From contig NZ_CP036280.1 in assembly GCF_007748075.1 (NCBI RefSeq), positions 510,001 through 542,000 on the forward strand: a stretch of DNA of 32,000 bases. Reading direction: 5' to 3'. Origin of the DNA: Mucisphaera calidilacus (lineage in GTDB: Bacteria; Planctomycetota; Phycisphaerae; Phycisphaerales; Phycisphaeraceae). The translations under genes were made by a program, and so were the position numbers. Shown piece after piece: positions 8,303 to 14,885 of this stretch; the stretch's first letter is position 1, and every line of letters begins with the position of its first letter. The notes under the pieces are model-generated. The model searched no databases and was not told the origin of the DNA. It was given only the letters and a program-made list of their open reading frames with translations.

Positions 8303-9202
8303 TCAATACTCAAGGTCAAGCAGCTTGTAGAAAGCCTCTTGTGTCAGGTTCATGCTGTTCCACGACGACATGCGGATCGACGACCCCTCCGCCGGGTCGT
8401 GAGGCGACTCAATACCCGTCTGCACGTTCCCGACCGGGCTGTCATGCCCCCGCGAATAAACCAGGTCCTTCGTGTTCCTGATGGTATGCACCACCGTGTT
8501 GTCAACCACCACCGAACTGTTCACGCTCGTATGCCCGTCGTTCCATGCCATCCCGAACTCAATCTGACCCGGCTCGTTCGAATACATGCCGATGTAATTG
8601 TCCGGGTCATACTCGTCATTGCCAATCAGTTTATACAGCCGGTCCGCGATCACAGGCGTCTGACCGTTGATCGTGCCACGCCACGCCGGCACCGCCGCCG
8701 GCAGATAGTTCTGCTCGTACCGCGGATGGTTGGGGTGACCCAACTCGTTGAGGGCGTACGAGAAATTCTTCTCGTCGAAATACTCATCCACATCACCCCC
8801 GCCGTAGGCATACTTTTCCGAAGGATCAGACGGGTGCAGCAGATACTCACTGGTGACGTACCCGCTGGCAACCGTCTCAGCCAGACGATGCGCAATCGAC
8901 GTGCCCCAGTAGGTGTCGCCGATCGCACGCAGCGTCACATCGCCGACACGCGTTGACTCACGGGCTTCGCCCTGCGCGTTATACCCCGTGTACCAGTCCT
9001 TGTTGCCCTGGGCATGAATCACCAGACCCTGATGGATCCCCCGCAGCTGCGTGGCATTCTGCATCTGCTTCGCCACGATCCGCGTCCGGCCCAACGCAGG
9101 AAGCAGAATGCCGATCAGCAGCGCGATGATCGAAATCACCACCAGCAACTCGATGAGCGTAAATCCGCGGCGGGAACGTCCAGATAGGGGTTGAGTCGTC
9201 AT
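8303..9202 (-). CDS. prepilin-type N-terminal cleavage/methylation domain protein (planctomycete DUF1559-like pseudopilin)
   Basis: I place the start at the ATG at 9200-9202 (MTTQPLSGRSRRGFTLIELLVVISIIALLIGILLPALGR). This is the classical G/FTLIEL prepilin motif followed by a hydrophobic helix. Confidence 0.8.
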   Translation of the reverse strand: MTTQPLSGRSRRGFTLIELLVVISIIALLIGILLPALGRTRIVAKQMQNATQLRGIHQGLVIHAQGNKDWYTGYNAQGEARESTRVGDVTLRAIGDTYWGTSIAHRLAETVASGYVTSEYLLHPSDPSEKYAYGGGDVDEYFDEKNFSYALNELGHPNHPRYEQNYLPAAVPAWRGTINGQTPVIADRLYKLIGNDEYDPDNYIGMYSNEPGQIEFGMAWNDGHTSVNSSVVVDNTVVHTIRNTKDLVYSRGHDSPVGNVQTGIESPHDPAEGSSIRMSSWNSMNLTQEAFYKLLDLEY

Positions 9203-9243
9203 GATGCAGATCCGTATTCGAAGGTGAAACCGAACACTCATAA

Positions 9244-9270
9244 AGTATAGCACTAATGCATCATTTTCAA
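9244..9270 (-). promoter_or_regulatory. candidate sigma70-like promoter with extended -10 for the pseudopilin operon
   Basis: The minus strand reads TTGAAA-N15-TGcTATACT. The -10 element ends ~40 nt upstream of the ATG at 9202. Confidence 0.3.
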
Positions 9271-9336
9271 GCCGACTTCAAGAAAAAGTTTGCCGGCCAG
9301 ATGAGCCGACACAACAACAGGCTTAGCCCATTTCAC

Positions 9337-9367
9337 GCGTTAGAAATGTGGCTCTAACGCTATAAAT
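9337..9367 (+). promoter_or_regulatory. perfect 8-bp inverted repeat GCGTTAGA-N8-TCTAACGC abutting a TATAAAT box (candidate operator/promoter of the regulator gene)
   Basis: 9337-9344 GCGTTAGA is the exact reverse complement of 9353-9360 TCTAACGC. TATAAAT at 9361-9367 lies ~56 nt upstream of the ATG at 9423. Confidence 0.45.
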
Positions 9368-9422
9368 ATCGTATGGTTGATGGGCCCAACGACGCGATCG
9401 CATCAGAATCGGATAACCTCTT

Positions 9423-10496
9423 ATGCCCCGTCGACCCATCTTTACCGACGTCATGGACGTACTCGAGCGACGCATCCTCGAGGGCGATTACATGCTCAAA
9501 GACCTCCCAGGCGAACGAAAACTCGCCGAGGAAGTCGGCGTCAGCTACATGACCGCACGCAAGGCCGTCCTCGGACTCATCGAGAAAAACGTCCTCACCC
9601 GCAAAGACAACGGCGCACTCGCCATCCACCCCCGCTACCACGCCAAACAGTCTCGCTGTCAGGTCGCACTCCTCTCGCCCGCCTACCCCTCCGCCCACTT
9701 CATGCACTGCCGGCTCGCCATCTCACGATCCGCCGAGAAACACGACGTCCAGTTCCGGCCCGTCGAGTACATGCACTGGTACGACCCCGCCGTCAAAGAA
9801 GCACTCCAGGGATCCGACGGACTCCTCGTCATCCCCAGCACCGAACCCATGCCGCCCCAGGTCCTCAAGGAATTCGCCTCCCACGACCACAAGGTCGTCT
9901 TCCTCGACGACGACATGACCGACCATGGCATCCCCTCCATCCGACTCTTCGCACGCGACCACATCTCCACCCTCTTCGAACACCTCTGGGAACTCGGCCA
10001 CCGCACCCTGCACTGCCTCAACGCACAGGGACACAACCCCGAGATCGACCGACGCATCTCGCACTGGCAGACCTGGCTCGAAGAGAAGGGGGGCAACGGC
10101 AAACTCTGGGACACCCCCGCCCCGCCCTACGACGACGTCATCTCCCACGCCTACCAGACCATGCGCCAACTCGTCGCCCAACGCAATGAAATCCAGGACG
10201 CCATCGTCTGCACCACACAGCCCGCTGCACTCGGCGCCATCAGAGCTTGCTACGAACAGGGACTCCGCATCGGCGAAGACGTCTCCATCTGCACCATCAA
10301 CAACGAACCCACCGGCCGATACTTCTGCCCCACACTCACCGGACTCGAAATGCCCGACATCGAAGACCTCATGACCCACTGCTTCGCATGGTTCGCCGCC
10401 GATCACTCGGCATGGAAGGGCCCCCTCCGAATCGTCCCCGAGCACGCCCGACTCTTCAAAGGCGAATCCACCGGACACGCACGCGTCCACGCCTGA
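9423..10496 (+). CDS. GntR-type winged-HTH / LacI-type periplasmic-binding-fold hybrid transcriptional regulator
   Basis: The N-terminus LPGERKLAEEVGVSYMTARKAVLGLIEKNVLTRKDNG is a GntR-type HTH. The C-terminal ~270 aa looks like a sugar-binding fold (VVFLDDD.., AIVCTTQPAALGAIRACYEQGLRIGEDVSICTINNEP). The gene is divergent from the pseudopilin operon. Confidence 0.85.
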   Translation: MPRRPIFTDVMDVLERRILEGDYMLKDLPGERKLAEEVGVSYMTARKAVLGLIEKNVLTRKDNGALAIHPRYHAKQSRCQVALLSPAYPSAHFMHCRLAISRSAEKHDVQFRPVEYMHWYDPAVKEALQGSDGLLVIPSTEPMPPQVLKEFASHDHKVVFLDDDMTDHGIPSIRLFARDHISTLFEHLWELGHRTLHCLNAQGHNPEIDRRISHWQTWLEEKGGNGKLWDTPAPPYDDVISHAYQTMRQLVAQRNEIQDAIVCTTQPAALGAIRACYEQGLRIGEDVSICTINNEPTGRYFCPTLTGLEMPDIEDLMTHCFAWFAADHSAWKGPLRIVPEHARLFKGESTGHARVHA

Positions 10497-10510
10497 TCAC
10501 CCCAACACAC

Positions 10511-10548
10511 AAAAAAACCGCTCGCCACACGCGGGGTGCGACGAGCGG
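10511..10548 (-). terminator. rho-independent terminator after small PEP-CTERM gene A (possibly bidirectional)
   Basis: The minus strand reads CCGCTCGTCGC-loop-GTGTGGCGAGCGG (~11 bp including wobbles) followed by TTTTTTT. It lies 24 nt downstream of the stop at 10573. Confidence 0.6.
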
Positions 10549-10572
10549 CAGTGGTGTAACACGCAAAATCAA

Positions 10573-11130
10573 TCAGCGACGACGGATCAGGCCGACACCC
10601 GCCAGCGCCAGCAGGGCAGCACTGCCCGGCTCAGGCGTAAACGCGATCTCCTGGAACGACACGTCATACACATTCGCCGTGTTCGTGCCCGGGTCGATCT
10701 GCAGGTGGAAGAACGTGATCGCCGTCACGTCCATGTGCTCGGGAATCTCAAACGTCAGCACGTTCAGGCCCGGCAGCACGCCATACGAACCCTGGAAATT
10801 CTCATCCACACCGCCCGGCTTCTCCGTCGCGATGCCCAGCCAGATACCAAGGCCCGCACCCGTGGGCTCGTCGTAGCTGTTCACCGTCAGCGTCAGCTGC
10901 GCCGTGCGGTTCAGGCCCGCATCAACGTTCGGATCAACGTCATAAAAACCGCCGCCCCAGCCGTTGCCGACAATCCGGTACTCCGTCGTATCGCCCTGGT
11001 CCACCCAGTTGCCGCCATACGAGTTGATGCCCGGGAAATCCACGAAGTCCTCAACGACGACGTTCGCAGAAGCCACGCCGCCAAGCGACAAGGCCACCGC
11101 ACAAGATGTAAGAAGACGCGTTGCTGTCAT
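10573..11130 (-). CDS. small secreted PEP-CTERM protein with an uncharacterised ~150 aa domain (paralog A)
   Basis: SD GGAGGAAGG precedes the ATG at 11128-11130. Signal peptide MTATRLLTSCAVALSLGGVASA. Conserved blocks GNGWGGGFYDVDPNVDA and ITFFHLQIDPGTNT. C-terminal anchor TPEPGSAALLALAGVGLIRRR. Confidence 0.8.
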   Translation of the reverse strand: MTATRLLTSCAVALSLGGVASANVVVEDFVDFPGINSYGGNWVDQGDTTEYRIVGNGWGGGFYDVDPNVDAGLNRTAQLTLTVNSYDEPTGAGLGIWLGIATEKPGGVDENFQGSYGVLPGLNVLTFEIPEHMDVTAITFFHLQIDPGTNTANVYDVSFQEIAFTPEPGSAALLALAGVGLIRRR

Positions 11131-11202
11131 GATCCTTCCTCCAGATCCTGAGGCCTGAACGGCCGGGTGATGGGTTAATGAACCGGCTAAACCATTCTGA
11201 TA

Positions 11203-11236
11203 CCCATAGCTTGCACGCTATATCTAACTCTGTCAA
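11203..11236 (-). promoter_or_regulatory. conserved upstream element with palindrome ATAGC-N6-GCTAT (copy A)
   Basis: The minus strand reads TTGACAgagTTAGATATAGCgTGcAAGCTATGgg, 75-105 nt upstream of the ATG at 11130. It is nearly identical to the element at 13731-13763. TTGACA overlaps the stop codon of the GH99-like gene. Confidence 0.45.
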
Positions 11237-12768
11237 CTAAAAAACGCACGTTCCCGAATCCTTCTCAAACACACCCCCGCCAGAGCCGCAAACCCCCACG
11301 CTACCGACGGCTCCGGGATCGAACCCGACCCGAAATTCACGGCCAGCAGCGAAAGGTCCAGCAGGTCCACGCGATCATCCGCGTTGAAATCCCCGTCGCC
11401 ATGCTCAAACGGCCCAACACCTCCGAAATTCGCCGCCAGCACCGACAGGTCCAGCAGATTGACAGACCCATCCTCGTTCGCGTCCCCGATCAGCCACGGG
11501 TACGCCGTGAAGTAGAGCAACGCCTTCGCTTCATCCAGCCGAAGCGCCGCCAGATGCGACGCCACCGCGTCCAGACTCTGTTGCTTGTTCATGTCCCCCG
11601 ACCACACCTTCCGCGCCTCGTAAAGCATCAGCACCAGCTCAAGATCATCAACGTCATACCCCACACCGCTGAAGCCCTGAAGAATCTCCAGGTAATCAAA
11701 CCCCGTCTCGTACGTCGGCTCGAAAATCGTCCCCTCGCCGAAGTCATTCCACGTCGCCAGTTGCACGAACGACAGATCATCCGCATACCCCGCCGCCACG
11801 CCGAGCGTGTCGCTTAGCGTCTGCCCGTCAAGATGCGGGATCTCCGCATACCCCGCCCCCGCGCCACCCTCCGCATAAAAATCCACAAACCCCGGATACG
11901 CCACACCACCCGCTCGCTCCAGCGACGGAATCCGATGCCTGTAGAAATTGTCCAAATGCCCCAGGTGCCCGCCCGGATCAAAAATCCCGTTCGGGTAAGG
12001 CCACGCATACTCACCATCCGCCATCACCCCAGCGTCACCCGACTCGTACCAGAGCGTCAGAAAGTCAACGTTCTCGCCCCCGTGCGTCAGGATCTGCTGC
12101 CACTCATGCTGTGTCTCGAACGTGATCGGCCCGAACACCATCATCAACGGATCATCCCCCGGCCCCTGACGGATGTACCACGGGTTGCCAAAATAGTGAT
12201 CACGCAGGTACGCCACGTTCGCCTGAGCCTGCCCCACGTTCGCCGAAAAGCGATCCTCCAGCACCACCGCGAACTCCATCCCGAAGTCGTCCATCTTCGC
12301 GACCAACGCATCCGAGTTGGTCAGCAGCAGATCGATGTCACCGTTCGTCCCCTCAACCCCGTACCAGTCGATCAACACACCATCCACCCCCGACAGCTTC
12401 ATCAGCAGCAGGTGATACTCAATCACGTCCGGGTCGCTCGACGCGTAAGGCCCGATCAACGGATCGTAATGCGACGCAATATCCGGACGACCATCCGACG
12501 CCAGACGGTTCGGATCACGATTGTTCATCGTCCAGTGCCACCCCCAGCGATTCCCGCCCAGCGTCTCAGGCGTCTCGAACCACGGCATGTAATGCATGTA
12601 CAGCCGCGTCGGGTTCGTCTTCGTCACCGCGACCGGCTCAGCCACCGCAGCCGAACCCACGACCAGCACCAACACCCAGACAACAGCAAACCTCACGCCG
12701 AGGCAGAACCACGACGTGAGGCAGAGATCAGTTCCATCCGATCGATCGGCCATAGGCACACGCATCAC
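11233..12768 (-). CDS. GH99-like glycoside hydrolase with C-terminal dockerin-like pair and PEP-CTERM-like anchor (paralog 2)
   Basis: Blocks MHYMPWF, IASHYDPLIGPYASSDPDVIEYHLLLMKLSGVDGVLIDWYG, FAVVLEDR and LATWNDFGEGTIFEPT. C-terminus GDANEDGSVNLLDLSVLAANF..GDFNADDRVDLLDLSLLAVNFGSGSIPEPSVAWGFAALAGVCLRR. The start is ambiguous: GTG at 12768 or ATG at 12765. Confidence 0.8.
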   Translation of the reverse strand: MMRVPMADRSDGTDLCLTSWFCLGVRFAVVWVLVLVVGSAAVAEPVAVTKTNPTRLYMHYMPWFETPETLGGNRWGWHWTMNNRDPNRLASDGRPDIASHYDPLIGPYASSDPDVIEYHLLLMKLSGVDGVLIDWYGVEGTNGDIDLLLTNSDALVAKMDDFGMEFAVVLEDRFSANVGQAQANVAYLRDHYFGNPWYIRQGPGDDPLMMVFGPITFETQHEWQQILTHGGENVDFLTLWYESGDAGVMADGEYAWPYPNGIFDPGGHLGHLDNFYRHRIPSLERAGGVAYPGFVDFYAEGGAGAGYAEIPHLDGQTLSDTLGVAAGYADDLSFVQLATWNDFGEGTIFEPTYETGFDYLEILQGFSGVGYDVDDLELVLMLYEARKVWSGDMNKQQSLDAVASHLAALRLDEAKALLYFTAYPWLIGDANEDGSVNLLDLSVLAANFGGVGPFEHGDGDFNADDRVDLLDLSLLAVNFGSGSIPEPSVAWGFAALAGVCLRRIRERAFFS

Positions 12769-12799
12769 AAATAGTCACCTTCAGGCCGTGACAAACCAC

Positions 12800-13624
12800 T
12801 CACCGACGACGACACAACAGGCCGCCCAGCAGCAGCAACGACGCCGACGCAGGCTCAGGAGCCGCCACGCCGCCCGCGTTGAAATTGCTCGCCAGGATCG
12901 ACAGATCGAGCAGGTCCACCAGCCCGTCACCGTTGAAGTCACCATCCTCGACCGCATAAGGCGTATCCGTGCCCTCAAAGTTGCTCGCCAGCACCGACAG
13001 GTCCAGCAGATCAACCAGACCGTCGCCGTTCGCGTCGCCAGGCACCGACACCGTCGGAGCCACCAGACGCAGATTGTCAAAGGTCACATCGTAAAACTCC
13101 GTCGTGTTCGCGCCCGGATCGATCTGCAAGTGGAAGTAAGTCAGGTCCGAGATGTTCAGCAGGCCGTCTTCACCCTGCGCCGAGACCCACCAGTTGTCGT
13201 CCACAGACGCCGTCAGCGTATAACTCTCGCCGGGCAACAGACCGAACCATCCCTCGAAATCACCCACCGGCTGCCCGTAGTTGTACTGCGTGATGTCCTC
13301 GTCCACGAGCACCAGGATCACACCCAGACCCGCCTCCGGATCCGCCTCGTTCACCGTCACGTCCAACTCGATCACCGTGTTGCCCGTCGCATCAACGTTC
13401 GGGTCGATGTCGTAGTAGCCGCCGCCCCAGCCGATCGACTCCACGCCGAAATCATCCGGGCCCGACGTGAACGGATTGCCCAGACTCCAGTTCCCGTACG
13501 TCCCCTCCAACATGAAATCAGAAAAATCAGTGACCTCCGTCTGGGCCGCCGCCGAAGAAGTGAAGCTCAGCAGACACCCAACACCCGCGCACAACGCAAT
13601 CCCAGCGGTTCGGTTGATCAACAT
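12800..13624 (-). CDS. secreted PEP-CTERM protein: same uncharacterised domain as paralog A plus a dockerin-like pair (paralog B)
   Basis: SD GGAGA precedes the ATG at 13622-13624. Signal peptide is present. Conserved blocks IGWGGGYYDIDPNVDA and LTYFHLQIDPGANT. These are followed by GDANGDGLVDLLDLSVLASNF..GDFNGDGLVDLLDLSILASNF and the anchor APEPASASLLLLGGLLCRRR. The stop lies 31 nt upstream of the GH99-like paralog 2 start. Confidence 0.8.
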   Translation of the reverse strand: MLINRTAGIALCAGVGCLLSFTSSAAAQTEVTDFSDFMLEGTYGNWSLGNPFTSGPDDFGVESIGWGGGYYDIDPNVDATGNTVIELDVTVNEADPEAGLGVILVLVDEDITQYNYGQPVGDFEGWFGLLPGESYTLTASVDDNWWVSAQGEDGLLNISDLTYFHLQIDPGANTTEFYDVTFDNLRLVAPTVSVPGDANGDGLVDLLDLSVLASNFEGTDTPYAVEDGDFNGDGLVDLLDLSILASNFNAGGVAAPEPASASLLLLGGLLCRRR

Positions 13625-13730
13625 GACGATTCTCCATTGAGTTGGCAGTCAGTAAATCGATGAAAACAATACAGATACAGGATACAAACCCGGCGGGCGA
13701 CACCAGCGCAAGCCCATCGCAACCGCCTTA

Positions 13731-13763
13731 ATCATAGCTTACATGCTATATCAAGTCGGTCAA
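13731..13763 (-). promoter_or_regulatory. conserved upstream element with palindrome ATAGC-N6-GCTAT (copy B)
   Basis: The minus strand reads TTGACcgacTTGATATAGCaTGtAAGCTATGat, 107-140 nt upstream of the ATG at 13624. Confidence 0.45.
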
Positions 13764-13937
13764 GCGACAACTCATGTTTTCATCACCCCCGGACAAGATC
13801 AATCGCCACAAGTCACCGCCGCCGTCGATCCCTCAGCAGCACACCCGCCACCCCCCAGTGCTGCCTATGACCTGCCCCCCTCAATCTGATCCGTTTCTTA
13901 GACTTAGTTCTGAGGCATGGATCAAGGAGGATCAGGC

Positions 13938-14135
13938 ATGGGACGGCAAACGTTTCTATCGCTGATGCGCCTTGGTCCGGATACGGTGGTACATATGAGT
14001 TCAAGGTATATGCCGTTTGTGCTGAGGGGGCGTGCAAAGGTCACGTTTTCGGGAGTTATAAATGGGGGGGGGTTCGCGTTAGGCCGTGGTTTATGTGGGC
14101 AACACATCAGAATTTTGCTGACTCATATGATCTAG
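13938..14135 (+). CDS. orphan small ORF (65 aa) with a perfect Shine-Dalgarno, inside the low-GC islet
   Basis: AAGGAGG at 13924-13930 sits 7 nt upstream of the ATG at 13938. The product MGRQTFLSLMRLGPDTVVH.. is basic and matches no family I recognise. Confidence 0.25.
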   Translation: MGRQTFLSLMRLGPDTVVHMSSRYMPFVLRGRAKVTFSGVINGGGFALGRGLCGQHIRILLTHMI

Positions 14136-14192
14136 GGCATAACGCAGGGCCGATACCATTTTGTGTCGACTTGCCATAGAGAATAGAGCAAT

Positions 14193-14405
14193 ATGATGAA
14201 GCGTCTAGATCCTCAAAAAAAAACCCCAGCTATTGCTTGGGTGTCGCTTGTTGTGGTTATTGTTGTGTTTATTCTTTTTGGTGTGATGCTTTATTTTAGA
14301 GGCAATTCCAATTTTGCGGTTGTCCTTTCGGTGGCATTTTTGTTTGTGGCGGCAGCGAGTTTTTGTGTCGCATATCTAGTGATTAAGGGGAAACCCCGGT
14401 CCTGA
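14193..14405 (+). CDS. orphan small two-TM membrane protein (70 aa) in the low-GC islet
   Basis: Two clear hydrophobic helices (AIAWVSLVVVIVVFILFGVMLYF and FAVVLSVAFLFVAAASFCVAYLVI). Local GC is visibly lower than in the flanks. The RBS is weak. Confidence 0.35.
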   Translation: MMKRLDPQKKTPAIAWVSLVVVIVVFILFGVMLYFRGNSNFAVVLSVAFLFVAAASFCVAYLVIKGKPRS

Positions 14406-14486
14406 ATAATCGAATAGATGGTGTTAGTCACTGTGCTGCGGTTGAGAAGAGTGCCGGTCCGCAACTTCACTGTGATTGTTGGCTGC

Positions 14487-14837
14487 TCACGGGTTTGGGT
14501 TTTCTTTGGGCATGGGGTGTGATGGTTTTGAGGTTGGTCTGCTCGATACGGGCATGAATATCGGCAATGTCGAGTATGCTTCTCCTGTCTGTTCTCGTCT
14601 TCTCCCGCGCATCTTCCCGTTGATTTTCCAGGTGACCTGCACCACCTCGCCGATCGGCGTCCGCGCGGGCAGGGGGGAATCGACGCCATGGAGCTTGGCG
14701 GATTCGAACTGACGCAGCCTCTCCTTGGCGATCTGCTTACTCGTCGTCATGATGCAGTGCCTCACGATCCGCCGGCCTGCCTGGCTCCGGATGAAGACAC
14801 TGCCGAAGGCCTTGTCGTTCTTCGTTCGCTGGTGCAA
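14487..14837 (-). pseudogene. N-terminal remnant of a tyrosine-recombinase (phage-type integrase) gene, frameshifted and lacking the catalytic domain
   Basis: ..VFIRSQAGRRIVRHCIMTTSKQIAKERLRQFESAKLHGVDSPLPARTPIGEVVQ resembles integrase arm-binding and N-terminal regions. Shifting frame after ..GEVVQ gives HLENQREDAREKTRTDRRSILDIADIHARIEQTNLKTIT, which is SAM-like-domain-like. No ~300 aa catalytic part follows. Confidence 0.55.
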
Positions 14838-14885
14838 ACACGACCCAACGCACCCCGATAAGCCGATTGATTCACACAGAGCCGA

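Noticed and set aside
4649-13624. A cohesin/scaffoldin partner for the dockerin-like repeats within the window
   Set aside because: None of the supported proteins shows a recognisable cohesin-like repeat by eye. The shared domain of proteins A and B is unassigned and cannot be called cohesin without a profile or structure search.
11833-13663. Plus-strand ORFs 11833..12774 and 12596..13663
   Set aside because: These are shadow frames opposite the GH99-like paralog 2 and PEP-CTERM protein B. They have no motifs and biased composition.
14690-14716. tRNA-like GTTCGAATCC..CCA string on the minus strand, near the integrase remnant
   Set aside because: The flanking bases cannot form a T-stem or acceptor stem. 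The string lies inside the integrase-like reading frame (..RQFESAKLH..). I could assemble no cloverleaf here or elsewhere in 13.6-14.9 kb.
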